A stretch of DNA of 64,000 nucleotides from Eledone cirrhosa (GCA_964016885.1 OZ024740.1:371690001-371754000), one strand, 5' to 3'. Counted from the first letter of the stretch, positions 13,553 through 27,204 are shown. Notes: generated from the sequence alone by a model not told the origin. A program made the numbers and translations.

Positions 13553-13758
13553 CATAGCAGATTTATTGCTTAATCCTGGTTACAAATGTTTCTTAAGCAG
13601 CTGAATCGTGATCTGGGATGGCTCCCCAGACCAGACTCCAAGTCAACCTGATCCTCAGACCAGCAATCACATGAGTCTCGTCTGGGGTGCCATCCCATAT
13701 CACGAGCCAGCTGCTTGAGAAACATTTGTAATCAGGATTGAGTAATAAATCTCCTATG
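13553..13758. repeat. Fold-back PLE-tail fragment (arms ~85 bp)
   Basis: CATAGCAGATTTATTGCT...CCCCAGAC versus GTCTGGGG...AATAAATCTCCTATG. Confidence 0.75.
13576..13663 (-). ncRNA. Type I hammerhead ribozyme
   Basis: Minus strand: CTGGT-CTGAGGA-TCAGG...CTTAA-GAAA-CATTTG-TA-ACCAG. P1 is a perfect 5 bp. Confidence 0.65.
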
Positions 13759-14482
13759 TTGCCCGGGGTTTGAAATTATGCTAAGAATATACAGCTAGGA
13801 AGTAAAAGAAGAAAATTATTTGTCCCCAACCTGTCAAAATAAGCAGTCTTCAATAATTAATGCAAACGAATATTTAATGCAATCTATGTACACACATAAA
13901 ACTATGCTGATAATGAAGGAAAATTTTTTGTTTTAACTGATTTCTTCATTGTAATAATAGTTTTTTTTTAATAAATTCACAATACCCTGGAAGCATAGAT
14001 AATGCCTGCCTCAAATGTGGACGAAATTACTTTAAACATGTAAAAGTTGTAGGTCCTAACGGTTTGAATGGAAAGTCCCATAAGGAATTTTTTTAGATTG
14101 ATTTCTCCCTTACAGCATTCCCTTTAGAAAAAATAATCTTCTTGTATTACCTCAACGGCATAGGCAATGCCTGCCTCACATTTGGTAAAAAAAAGCTCGA
14201 AAAATGTAAAAGTAATTGCAACTTTTAATTTGCATGGAAAATCCCATAAGGATTTTGTCTTCATTGTTATCTCCCTTACATCATGCACTTTAGAAAAAAA
14301 AATTTTTCTATCGATAATTTTGCTATCGATTTTTTATTGCTCAACGTGGGTCGATTTGAAAATGTTACCATCTTAGCGACAGGGGCAACGTGCACAGAAA
14401 ATTTGGTCAAATTCGGTTTGGAATTTTAAAAGCCTTAGGTGTCCAAATTTGTACACAGACACACACACATCCTCGCTTTTAT
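13758..14482 (+). mobile_element. Probable non-autonomous Helitron/Helentron-like element with ~165-bp internal duplication
   Basis: Starts GTTGCCCGGG. Two AATGCCTGCCTCA..CCCATAAGGA..CTCCCTTACA units. Ends AAATTTGGTCAAATTCGG..ACAGACACACACACAT..TTTTATATA. Confidence 0.45.
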
Positions 14483-14492
14483 ATATATATAC

Positions 14493-14597
<105 letters not shown>

Positions 14598-14602
14598 TAT
14601 AT

Positions 14603-14938
<336 letters not shown>

Positions 14939-14984
14939 TATTGTTAGCACAGATTAAAGTTTAAGCAAATAATTTCTGCTTTTA

Positions 14985-15027
<43 letters not shown>

Positions 15028-17134
15028 AGAAAGAAGGAAAAGAAGAGTGTGACATACAAACAGAGTGATAGAAAGTGAAACTCACTAACAACAGGCAAAG
15101 CAAATGATAAAATAGAAGTTACATGACCTGTAGCAAATCGGGAAATATTTCACCCGATGCATACAAAGAAAATGGCCACAATAGTACCATTCTGTCTTTG
15201 TGGCTAAACATAATGGAAATAAAAAGAACAATAACAACAAGAATATTTACCAATAAAAGACATGATACAAAATGGAGGTATGAATACAGAAGGGCATATG
15301 ATTGAATGAATAAATGTCATCAGTAAAACAAAGGTGATTCAAATTCTTTTTTTTCTTTTAGCACCATGAAAAAGAAGGTAGCGTTTTAAGAATGATACCG
15401 ATAAAACAAAATAAACCATGATGTTGAATCAGTTTTTGTTAAGAGATTGTTGTAAAGAAGAACATTTTCCAACAGTGAACCCCCACACGCTTCCTCATAT
15501 TTTCAATGTTTGTTTTGACCTAGAGTATTTATTTATGTAATGGAAAAAAGGGAATATTTGTGTTTAGATACGAAACGTTTTTTTTCTACAACTATTCGCC
15601 CTTTAAATTCCAAGAGTTTATAGATTCTTCTTTTTTTTAAAATATATTATCTGTAGTATGAATCTGCCATATTATATAGAAATGTATGGATAATGGAGTC
15701 ACAACAGTTTTTCAAAAATTTAGCTTGATCCAGGCAGGATGGTTTGTATGATATTATTTGAATGAAAGCAAATATAATGCTGGAAGTATACAGTGAATAT
15801 TGGAGTTGTACAAGCTCATTATCGATGCTTTATGTATGTCTACTTTTCCTTATGTCCTTATAAAATGTATGTTAAGTTGATTTCGATGATAGCGAATCGT
15901 TTTATTTCGCCGTTTCACATAATCATTTCGTTCCGTTTGTGTTTTAATTTGTTTCCTATCATTATTTCCAAGTTCCACCAATATTTTAGGGATCAATCGG
16001 ATTCAGTGTGTTTGTTATTATAGGTGATGGTTGTTATTTTTATTACTTATTTTATTCCAGTCGTATCTCATTGAGAAGTAATATCTCCCGCAGTTAGTAA
16101 TCATATGATTCATAGCCTACGTTTATTGTCAGGTAGTATTTTTCTTTCTATATTGAATAAAGTACTTAGTGGGGATTTCTTTCTCCCGAGAGAGATGCTA
16201 CATACTTATTGTTATTCAATCCAAGGCTTTTAGAGTGGTTTATACTCTTTATAGCCCTTCATTTGCATGACCTGTTTTTCTATTTCTTTTTTAGAAAGCT
16301 GGTGTATTTTTGCTTTATGATTTGTTCATGCTCTTTGCAGAGAGGTATTTGTTAGTTTTTATTCCCTATCTCTTCTCAAGTTTATTAGCTAACCAAATAA
16401 TGTCCGTAATGTTTGTAAACTTTAGCAAGCTAGTTATTGATTTTTTTTCTCTGCTACAGATGTTTAAGTGTTACGAAACAGGTCTCATATGATGTCACTA
16501 TAGATTTAAGTTTCCACTATTGATGTTGAATTTCTTGAAAAACTAAGCAGTTTCTGAGTTTTGAGATCCCTCTTAAACTGTGTGAAGGTCAGAATGTGGA
16601 AACACCAAAATAGGTAGTCGCAATGTTGTTATGTCCAATATATTTGTTATAGAGTCAGAAATATTGAGACCATACTTTATATCTATGATATGCAAGATAT
16701 ACAGTATAACTGAAATGATTAATTTAATATACGTGACGAGCATACATTTTTTTACGTAATTGATTAAATAATAAATATTTCTGCTAGTACACAGCGTATA
16801 TTCGAAGATTTTAAGGACAATTTAACGTAGATATAACAATTATTTTTGAATTAGAAGTAGAAGTATTTGCCGTGAAAATTATGAGATGGGAAGTGTAAAT
16901 ACTTTCAGCTTTTTCTCTGTACACAGAAAAACGTAATAGATTTTGTAGTTCCTGTATTCTGCGTGACATAAATTGCGTTGGAATTGTAATGCACCTCCGT
17001 ACAAGATATCACTGTGGTAGTTATTTCATGATGAAGAAACAAAAGCCTCTGATATAAAAAAAAAATATATTTTCGTTACGAAAATATTATTTTTCTCATT
17101 TTTACTCTGTGAATACCTCACAGATATACACTCC

Positions 17135-17805
17135 TATTGACTTCTGCTTCTGGGTCGATTAAGAACTTTCTCCAGAGATCCAATCGTGGACACACAGGAG
17201 CAGTTGATCGTATTTATGACCACCATGGTGTTCATCGGTGGCCAGCTCTATAATTTTCCAGAATCAATGATGAACAGTTCTTGAAGCTGCACGGTTCTTT
17301 GTACTTGGTAGCTGTTGCTCCAGATGTCTGTTGATAGAAAGAAACGCCACTTTGTGCGACCTCCATACCTCTTGGCGTTGACCTCATGGCGTTGATTCCA
17401 ATGCATTTAAACAAAAATGCTTGTGTTCTGCTTTTGCTAACTCACGTAGGTCTTTGTTGAGCTTAGTCAGAGTCAGGAGTAAATGGAATTGGGGGTTGTG
17501 GTGGTGAAAATGACGCAAGAATACCTCATTGAACAGAAACATTGGTATTTCGCCAGAGGTACTAAAGCTAGCATTCTGTTCATAAGATCTAATGGCTTGG
17601 GATCGCCAAAACTTAATGGTATCAAATATTCTTGCTCACGTTTACTCAAGCTGAATATTTGAATGTGTATGTTCTTCAACGTTTCATATTTATTATCATA
17701 TTTATTATCTACTAAATGTCTAATACTCTTGTAGTTTCTTCATCTAGTGCCATTGTCATATACAAGTATTTGGTCAGATCTGCATGTTATTTTCTTCTGA
17801 AGATC
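17135..17805 (-). mobile_element. Gypsy-like LTR retrotransposon gag-protease relic
   Basis: Minus strand: TKYLYMTMALDEETTR, KYETLK, FSLSKRE, FGDPKPLDLMNRML, FYQQTSGATATKYKEPCSF (degenerate CCHC), RKFLIDPEAEV (DTGA-like). Confidence 0.7.
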
Positions 17806-18326
17806 ACCAAATATAACTTTAGTAAAGCTATATAAATAATAAAGTAAATTGTTAAATTAATATTTCATGAAGAATAGATATTGTCAGACGTAAGAATACT
17901 ATCTCCGGAGTAAAGATTATATGAAATGCATTATAGGAATTTCTCAGCTGCACAGTTAAATATTAAGTTCGGATGAATGGACACAATTAAGAGAATATGC
18001 AATTAAATTTGTCCTTTATAAGTTTACAGGCAATACTCTAAACTAGTCTATTTCCATGGCAGTGCCAGTTGGGCGAATACCACGAGAAATTATCGAATCT
18101 TGAAACTGAGCTGTCTGGCATTCTTGACTGCTACTGACATATCTGAAGACGTATTCACAGAGTAAAAGAGAGAAAAACAATTATTTTATAACGAAAAATG
18201 TTTTTATTTGATAGCGAATCTCCCATATGTTTATTGTATATAAACATATAATATATGCTTTCATATACACCCCTATTACGCTTGATGTTGTCTTAGTGCT
18301 AATGCCAAAATATACACATATATATA

Positions 18327-18426
<100 letters not shown>

Positions 18427-18525
18427 TATATATAGTGGTGGAACACTGGAAGGTAATATCCGTAGTGGTAGAGCACTCAGTCCAAGGGACGAGTTAGGTA
18501 GAAGTGGTTACACAACAGTTAGTTC

Positions 18526-18580
18526 ACCATACAGAGAATTGTTTCACCTTAGCGGATCTTCAGCTCGGGATGTGCATGGT
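18526..18580 (-). ncRNA. HHR, inverted copy with a deletion near the cleavage site
   Basis: Minus strand: CCGAG-CTGAAGA-TCCGCTAAGGT-GAAACAATT-CTCTG. Confidence 0.55.
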
Positions 18581-18831
18581 TATAGGAACAGGAAGGACAA
18601 CCATACGAATGCGCATGCGTAGAAACTCGGTCACTTCACACAGGCAATACTAGACTGCGTGCGAGAGGTGTAAGGGAGATAACTGCGAAAGTCCGGAAAG
18701 TTTTTAGGTTGAAAATAAAATTAAAATAAAATAAAAAATAAAATACAAAGAATCAGTCCGGAGCCTTGTAGTTATGCACTAGATGTTTGGTGACATGTGG
18801 ACAACGTGTGAAAAATTCACTTCTCGTGTTT

Positions 18832-19828
18832 CAATGAGTTAGGCCTTAGGATAACAGTAGCCACCAACCTCTCTAGCGTAGATTTCTTAGACATTAATTT
18901 AGACCTTCGCACACACACTCACAGACCCTTCCATAAGCTAAACGAGAAACTTAATTACGTTCACAAGGACTGATGCCACCCTACCACTGTTTCTAGAAAC
19001 TTAGTTAAGAATATCAGTACTAGAATCTCAAACCTCTCCTCTAATAAGGCTATCTTTGACAGGGCGGCACCCTACTATAACACGGCGTTGGCTAACAGCG
19101 GCTTCTCACAACCTATCACTTACTCTCCCACTAGCAACAACACCATTAAGAAAAGTAAGCGCAACAATAGACAAACTATCTGGTTCTCTCTCCCCTTCTC
19201 ACTCAACGTTAAAACCAATCTAGGAAAACAATTTCTAGACTTCTTAGATAGACACTTCCCCATAGGTCATAAATACCGCCCCATCTTTAACCGACACAAC
19301 GTTAAACTAGGATACTCCTGCGCTAAGAACATGAAGGCCCACATCACCAATAGCCCTAGGAGCAACACCCCACCAGGGTGCTCTTGCCGTAAGCCTGAAG
19401 CTTGCCCCCTTCAACAGCAATTCAACACACCAGCTGTAATCTATGAAGATGTGGTCACTTCCAACCGACCAAACGAACCACAGGAAGTCAAATCCTATGT
19501 GGGCATGGCGGAGGGCCGATTCAAGGAGCGTTTCGTGAACCACCAGTCTACCTTCAGATACCCGGACAGACGTTCATCCACGAAACTCGCGAGCCACGTA
19601 TGGTCCCTCAAGGACTCAAGTATAGGCTAATCCATTCAATGGAAAACCATCACTAAGTCCAAGCTATACGCAAGGGGAAATCCGACGTGTGGCTTATGTA
19701 TTGACGAACGAATAACTATTCTAAAGGGATTACGCAATAGTGATTGCCTAAACACGAGAAGTGAATTTTTCACACGTTGTCCACATGTCACCAAACATCT
19801 ATTGCATAACTACAAGGCTCCGGACTGA
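18832..19828 (+). pseudogene. PLE RT thumb + GIY-YIG endonuclease (includes ORF 19088-19630)
   Basis: Motifs as for the element; premature stops near 18971, 19078 and 19628. Confidence 0.85.
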
Positions 19829-20000
19829 TTCTTTGTAATTTTATTTTTAATTTTATTTTAATTTTATTTTCAGCCTAAAAACTTTCCGGACTTTCGCAGT
19901 TATTCCCTTACACCTCTCGCACGCAGTCTAGTACTGCCTGTGTGAAGTGACCGAGTTTCTGCGCATGCGCGTTCGTACGGTTGTCGTTCCTGTTCCCATA

Positions 20001-20058
20001 ACCATGCACATCCCGAGCTGAAGATCCGCTAAGGTGAAACAATTGTTCTCGGTATGGT
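20001..20058 (+). ncRNA. Minimal type I hammerhead ribozyme in PLE tail
   Basis: CCGAG-CTGAAGA-TCCGCTAAGGT-GAAA-CAATTG-TT-CTCGG, with distal P1 ACCATGC/GTATGGT. Confidence 0.8.
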
Positions 20059-20083
20059 GAACTAACTGTTGTGTAACCACTTC

Positions 20084-20163
<80 letters not shown>

Positions 20164-20299
20164 TGGCTTTTTAAAGTACCATAGTACTTAAAACATTCAC
20201 ACATTAACTGATTGAGTTCTCAATACGTGTAAGTAGAGTGTAAATTATATATATCCATAGTCGGATATGTATAAGGTAAACAATATTGATCTCTAATTT

Positions 20300-20505
20300 A
20301 GGCAGAGTGCCAGAAAGTTTTGGGGAAAGGCATAGTTGATTAAATAAACCCCAGTACTTCGCTGTCATTTAATTTTATTGACCCCGAAAGGATAAAAGGC
20401 AAAGTTGGCGTCGGTGCAATTTGAACTCCTAATGTAAATATTTAAAACAAATAACGCAATGGCATTTTATCTGAATCTCTTCTAATTATGCCAATCCATC
20501 ACCCA
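20300..20505 (-). mobile_element. tRNA-derived SINE
   Basis: TTTATTGACCCCGAAAGGATAAAAGGCAAAGTT..ATTTGAACTC. Confidence 0.7.
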
Positions 20506-20656
20506 TTTGTGCGCATAATATTTGAAATATTATGTATTATATTTTACACAAGTACATATGCTATTGATAATTGTATGTGTGTGTGTTTGCATAACCACAT
20601 TGATATTTTTCATATATCTTTGGAATATAGATTATATTCCCTCTTTTAACTATTTC

Positions 20657-20890
20657 AGAGGCTCATCAGGCCGGTGCTCATCCCGGCTTTCGTGGCGGGC
20701 AGCGGCTGTAAGTATAAGACTCCTTTAGTACATGACGCCAGTCCATCGTAGGGTTAAACCCCCAGCTATTGCTGGTACTTATCTTCAGCTTACTATACTG
20801 GGGCAACATGAAATGAAGTGTCTTGCTCAAGAATACAACCCACAATCCAGTCAAGGAATCAAACCCATGACTTTATGATCGTAGGTCTAA
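20657..20890 (-). mobile_element. Second tRNA-derived SINE family
   Basis: GAAATGAAGTGTCTTGCTCAAG..GGAATCAAACCC, the reverse complement of the head at 22511. Confidence 0.7.
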
Positions 20891-21756
20891 AAGCTATCTT
20901 AATGGCAGTGCGAATATCATTGTAAATATTATTGGCACATTTTGACTTGGAACCATTTTCGAGAACATCTGAAGTGTGGGTAACTTTCTTTTATAATTAA
21001 ATCACCAGACTTACAACTCATATTTTGTTATAAGGAAATTCTACTTCAAAATGTTAATATTGTGAGTGTGTACCCATTAGATTGTAAAAGTGCCACTAAC
21101 GATATCGTTTTCATAATGCATACCTACATGAAAATTACTTTGGTAGAGTTTAACTCACAACAAATTTGAATTTAATACTAAAATGTTAACGAAATATGTC
21201 ATTTTAAGCGGTGATTTGTTGAACTCGATAACACCCTGATACATTTAGGAATATTGGTGCATTTGAGAGCTAAGTGTCTTAGCTGATGACACCATGCAAC
21301 GATATAAATAGAATATGAATCTCCAATAATTTATCAATTCAACCATCGGCAGCTTCATAAAGCTTACCTATTTATTTGCTATATTTACGACATATATTGT
21401 GAAGTGAAGTGAAATAGCCCCAGCAACCATGTTATGAGTGTTTGTGCTATTGCTAATTAAAACTATCTGTCAAGCTTGCACTAAGTGTAAATATTCCTTC
21501 ACCACAAATAGTTCGTTTACACAACTATATAAAAAAGATATTTTTCCTACCTCAGCGTCAAAGCATAAGTGAGCTAACACTGAAGAACTGTAAAGACAGT
21601 GACATGCATCCTTTAACCCCAAACTCGTTGTTGGGGACATGTAATATATTTGCAGCTTAAATTCACACACATACATAATACTAGATATGTGTTTATTATA
21701 CATAAACGTATACCACAATTTGTCGCACATTTATACTTATACAACTATTCATCAGC

Positions 21757-21878
<122 letters not shown>

Positions 21879-21913
21879 GTATAATCAAAATTTCACACAC
21901 ATAACATGTATAC

Positions 21914-22203
21914 GAGCAAAAAAGCAAGGTTTAGTGCTTAATTGATTCATTGTTTTATAATCGTTTGAAAAGGCTGTACTGGCCATGATAATATCGGTAT
22001 ATTGACTATTCGATAGCAGCTATGTAATTTCATATTATTAGTCTCGATAAAATAGATCCATTTCACTGTATCGAGACTAATAATATTGAGTTACATAACT
22101 GCTATCGATTAGTCAATATATCGATATTATCATGGTTAATCCAACCTTTTGAAACGATCGAAAAACAATGAACTGTTTAAGCACTAAACCTCGCCTTTTT
22201 GCT
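21914..22203. repeat. Long imperfect fold-back (arms ~135 bp)
   Basis: ..TATTATTAGTCTCGATA / TATCGAGACTAATAATA..; outer ends AGCAAAAAAGCAAGGTTTAGTGCTTAA / TTAAGCACTAAACCTCGCCTTTTTGCT. Confidence 0.8.
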
Positions 22204-22228
22204 TTTATTGTTCAACCGTATATCCGTA

Positions 22229-22291
<63 letters not shown>

Positions 22292-22475
22292 CTTTGTTGT
22301 TCATTTCAATACTTAAAAAAATCTAATATGATGACGTTCCATCACAAAAACAACTTATTATATTCATATCTATACTACATGACGTTTTTTCTAGTGCTAT
22401 TGGTCTTACCCTAAATAGGCAAATACAGTATATAAATAAATAAATATATACATGGGTGTACTTACATATGTATGC

Positions 22476-22510
<35 letters not shown>

Positions 22511-22512
<2 letters not shown>

Positions 22513-22632
22513 GGCGTGTGGCTGAGTGGTTAGAGTATTGGATTCACAATCGTGAGGTTGTGAGTTCGATTCCTGAACCAGGCGATGCGTTATGTCCTTG
22601 AGCAAGACACTTTATTTCACGTTGCTCCTTCT
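22511..22632 (+). mobile_element. tRNA-derived SINE head
   Basis: A-box TGGCTGAGTGG, B-box AGTTCGATTCC, then TCCTTGAGCAAGACACTT. Confidence 0.8.
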
Positions 22633-22741
22633 ACCTGGAGTTGCGACCGATAGATAGTATTAGCAATTGGAAAGACCAACGGAAACATAGTTTCCTCGGT
22701 CCGATTTGACGAAAGTCGATCGACTATAATAAAAAAAAAAA

Positions 22742-22775
<34 letters not shown>

Positions 22776-22814
22776 ATACGTGTGTGTGTGTATATATGAC
22801 TATATCTATGTATA

Positions 22815-22885
<71 letters not shown>

Positions 22886-22973
22886 ACATGCATACATACA
22901 TACATACAGACACACATATATATACATATGCACATCTCTTTCTCGCTCTCCCTATACATATATATATATATTC

Positions 22974-23017
<44 letters not shown>

Positions 23018-23114
23018 AGTACAATATCGGTAGATGTTAAAAAAAAAGGAAAAACACTGCTCAGTCTGGTTTGAGAGTTGATATATTATTTATTTATGTT
23101 CATACGCAGAACAA

Positions 23115-23390
23115 ATGGTTTCAAAATGGCAGAGACGTTAGAACGTCGGGTAGATTGGTTTGCTGTATTCGTTTCCGTTCTCTGCTCTCTGAGCTCAAAT
23201 CCCACCGAGATCAACTCTGCTTTTCATAATTTTAACCCCAGTACATTACTGGTGCCTTATTTTATCGACTCCGTAAGGATGAAAGGCAAAGCTATCCTCG
23301 ATGGCATTTGAAATTAGAACGTAAAAGGCCATAACTATACGCTGCAAAGCATGGTGACTGACGCTCTACCGATACTGTCAATGCAACGCC
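23115..23390. mobile_element. Two SINE halves in opposite orientation
   Basis: + copy GAGCTCAAATCCCACCGAGATCAACTCTGC; - copy TTTATCGACTCCGTAAGGATGAAAGGCAAAG. Confidence 0.65.
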
Positions 23391-23705
23391 CATAATCAAA
23401 ACTCTATACAACATTTTGGATAAATGTAAAATTATAGTAAACTCACTATATTGCTTTCTCACTTTCTCTCTCTCCCTATCTAGCCCCCTCAGGAAGAAAT
23501 CTGCTGTATTCTTCAGACCTGGAGAGGGATGGGCTCCGGCAGGTTTTAAAATGCCCTAGAAACACCGTATGTTAATTTGGCGCCCCTACGACTCCTTCAG
23601 GAGTTACGGGACCATGTATGCATACATGCACACGGGACAAAAGCACTACCTAAAGTTTCAAGGCCCAATTTTGACCCTCTCCCCAAATTGTATGAGCGAT
23701 CAAAC

Positions 23706-24074
23706 TTGTGACCTAGTCATCAGGCGCTTAGATGTGTTTGAAGATACCGTTAAAAATATAGCGTGTTAAACCCTTCTTTGTAAAACCGTAATATATCTAA
23801 GCGAAATAACTCAAAGATATAAATTTTAAATGCAATAATTAATCAACTCCATACGTAATAGATATAAACATTTGTATATTACACACCACCACATAATACC
23901 ATATATCTATATTGCGTACACACTAACCCAAGAGCACTAACATAGCCATTTCAATTTTACATCTTTGACATATTTCCCTTTCTTATACTACGTTTTAATA
24001 AAGAAGCGTTTAACACGCTATATTTTTTAACGGAATCTTCAAACTGGTCTAAGCGCCTGATGGCTAGGTCACAA
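23706..24074. mobile_element. MITE (~370 bp, ~74-bp TIRs)
   Basis: TTGTGACCTAGTCATCAGGCGCTTAGA..TATAGCGTGTTAAA versus TTTAACACGCTATA..TCTAAGCGCCTGATGGCTAGGTCACAA. Confidence 0.8.
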
Positions 24075-24137
24075 TATAATATAATATATTAGATTATAAT
24101 ATAATATATTATATATATACATGCATACATACATACA

Positions 24138-24519
24138 TGGTGGCTGCCAACTCGTTTTCGGTATGGCCACTACTTTATATCCATGTAGGAGAACCCCTAC
24201 CGATGTGCTGAACGAGTGTGACTCTTTAGTCCAGCCAGCGACTTGAAAACTCTGGTACAAACACTACACTTGTGACAATTATTGACACATGGTGCTGGGC
24301 CCATGGTACCATGTGACGACAAGTGCAGAGAGATATCCAGATATAAAGCAATGCCTGTGCCGTGAAGCTTTTATAGTAAGCAAAGGCACTGCACAAAGCC
24401 AGTCCCACTCTCTTAACCAAGATGATATTTACCAAAAAGAAGAACAAGTCAACATCATTGGATACCATCAGAGTTGCAGGTGTTACATGAGAGTTTTCCT
24501 TCTCCTAGAATTCTGCTTT
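24138..24519 (-). mobile_element. 5'-truncated non-autonomous RTE derivative (same family as 54948-58290)
   Basis: Near-identical reverse complement of unit 4, with (CATA)n at both ends. Confidence 0.9.
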
Positions 24520-24547
24520 GTCATACATACATACATACATACATACA

Positions 24548-24583
<36 letters not shown>

Positions 24584-25354
24584 TATATATATGCCTCTAT
24601 ACGCAAAGAAAAATACATAAATACGCAAACTATATCGAATTGGAATACATACATTCACACATACATATATATGATTTGCAATATGTTTTCAGGCAATCTT
24701 ATTCATACTTCTTTTCAATAGATGTTTCCTTTTAGCGAAACATATTGTCATAAATCATGTATATATCTTAAACGAGATATATAAGAATAAGAAGGAAAAC
24801 AAAAACAAACTTGGGTGGACTTCAGAAAACTTCTTTAGTTAATGTAGTACTAAATCAGCTTTTATATATTTTTTCCTTTTTAATTTTAGGAGTCTGGCTA
24901 TGGGGAGAGGAAGCAATAAATTCTTTTGCTTGACTCATATAAATTCTTAACTATCTAGAACAAAAGTATACTGAAACCTCAGTTCATTTGTGTTGGAAAG
25001 AACCTGTTAAGAGCAAGGGAAATAGTTCCAAATATTATATAGGCAATACAAATTTTATTGAGAAAGCTTAAAATGGTATGTAATTTTTCATTCAATTTTC
25101 TATGTTAACATTTTCTTTATTATTACTAAAGCCAATTCGTTGTTATAGAGATATAAAGATTTCTTATATATACAGGGTGCAGGGGTCCTTAAAGTTCGCA
25201 TGCAATTTAAAAGCTACAAGAATTTTAAATTGCACACGGACTTTATGGACACACGCACGCACACACACACACATACACGCACACACACGCACATACACAC
25301 ACGCGCACACACACACACTCTCTCTCTATATAAATATGTGTGTATATATATATA

Positions 25355-25690
25355 TATTGTTATACTTGGGGAGGGTCATATTGTTGACAACAGGAGGAAC
25401 ATAATAGTACCACTGATGATGCTACAGATGTGCAACGAAAGAAATTTGTTAGACTATATATTTGTGTTTATATCTGTATTTTTGACCGTTGGTCAGTCAA
25501 TGATAAACATTGAGGACCAAATTAATTAACTGTGGAGATATAAAAGATACAGAAGCGAAAACCAACCTAACAGTGAGTGTGTTCTGTTATTATTTCTGGC
25601 AATATTATTACAACAATATAACCCTTCCCAAGTATAACAATATTTGTTTCGACACACGATTTCATATAAAAAACCTTGCAAAACAAATAA
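25355..25690 (+). mobile_element. PLE tail with short inverted 5' piece and degenerate HHR (CTGATGA 25413, GAAA 25437)
   Basis: Tail CAAGTATAACAATAT..ACACACGATTTCA..CTTGC is related to 51978-52440 (-). 25355-25386 is inverted relative to 25611-25642. Confidence 0.7.
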
Positions 25691-25722
25691 ATATATATAT
25701 ATATATAAAATATATATATATA

Positions 25723-25920
25723 TAATATAGAAATGGATTCTACAGGACTAGAGCTGTTTAATTCGGGAGAAATCATCAGGAAGGTCTGATGATTTCTCCC
25801 GAATGAAACAGTTCTAGTGTCCTGTAGAAGCCATTTCTATATTAAATATTTATACTCTGCTATGTATGTATTGAGTACCTTACTTACTGTGGTTACCCCC
25901 GATTGAACCCGGGATAAACT
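25723..25920 (+). mobile_element. Fold-back PLE-tail fragment centred on an HHR-like core
   Basis: Hairpin 25723-25844 with CTGATGA-TTTCTCCCGAAT-GAAAC on the right arm; P1 is unclear. Confidence 0.6.
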
Positions 25921-26687
25921 TATATGTATATACATTTATAAATTTATGAATTTATAATTTATAACTGTCTCTCATACGTAAGCATCTCAATGAAATGATA
26001 AAATATATTAATAAATTATCGACTAAGGGAAGTATTAAATTATATTAAACTTAAGACAAAATCTCATCTTGTTAGGATATAAAACAAATCGGCTAAAAAT
26101 CGGCTTTATCTTAATAATACCCCGACTATGGTTTCTGAAACTCAAGATATAACATCAGGAACTTTGGCATAATCGATATTGGAAGAATTTAAGTTTCTTC
26201 ATCGGGATGTGAATTCTTCATAGAAATAAAAGGACAAGCTGAAAATATATACCATTTTGTTGCTAGACCGTATGATGAACAAGGTGTTGTATTGTTGAAT
26301 TACTATATTAATATATTCCACCCAAAGGGACAAGTTGAATATATATCATACATACCATGTCGTTAGTAGACCTCATGGTGAGACAACGTGTTGCAACGCT
26401 GAATTACTGTATGAATATTTTCTACTTAATGTATTAGGACAATACGACGGGCTTATACTGACACTGGAAATAGCAGCCAAATCGGCTCAGTCAGCTCAAC
26501 AATAATCAGCGCTAATTTTTTCAGCCGATTTAGCTTATATCTAGGAAAACTTGGAGAGCAGATGCTACGGAGAATCGAACTCCGTATATTTCGAATTTTG
26601 GTCGCGTACTCCAACCATTGAGCCTTATATTGCCGTCTTTACGGGTATTTAATCCAATTTTCTAAGTTATTATTTATAGCAAAAGTA

Positions 26688-26902
26688 GGGTGGTGAATTG
26701 TCAGTACTGGTACAGCGTCACACACCATGCTTCGTGGCATAGAGTTACGGCCTTCTTCGCTAAGTTCAAATCCCGTCGAGGTTAGCTTTGCCTTTCATCC
26801 TTACGGGGTCGATAAAATAAAGTACTAGTACCGCTCTGGGGTCCGATGTAATCGACTTTCCCTTTCTTCCAAATTGTTGACCTTGTGCCTCAATTAGAAA
26901 CC
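26688..26902 (+). mobile_element. tRNA-derived SINE, full length
   Basis: AGTTCAAATCCCGTCGAGGTTAGCTTTGCCTTTCATCCTTACGGGGTCGATAAAATAAAGTAC..TTGTGCCT..TTAGAAAC. Confidence 0.8.
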
Positions 26903-27204
26903 AGTGGCCTAGCAGTAGGTACGAGAGACGGTGGAGATCCCAGTCTTGAGTTCAATCCTGGTCAAGACGTACATGTAACCTTTTTCAGTTTTTAAACTGT
27001 AGAAACAATTATTTATAGCAATAGACTATTGTAACAGTTATATTTTGATTTGGGATTTTTACACTTTCCAAAGAATTTCGATAGATTTTATAAAAGGTTG
27101 TTTACATCCTAGCTGTTTGGTATAGTTATTTAATTTAGACGGAATCTGTGGCCAGAGGCCCCGCGGCTAAACCTTTAGAGCTATGTCTAAAGTCTGTCTC
27201 GAGC

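Larger units (their letters stand above)
18432..20085 (+). mobile_element. 5'-truncated Penelope-like element; inverted copy of its 3' end at 18499-18831 (matches 19750-20085)
   Basis: Body: VDFLDINLDL..HRPFHK, IWFSLPFS, CSCRKPEACPL, VIYE...YVGMAEGRFKERFVNH (GIY-YIG), CGLCIDER. Internal stops present. Inserted in (TA)n/(CA)n. Confidence 0.92.

Noticed and set aside
15790-16620. Possible decayed retroelement
   Set aside because: No motif clear enough to assign by eye.
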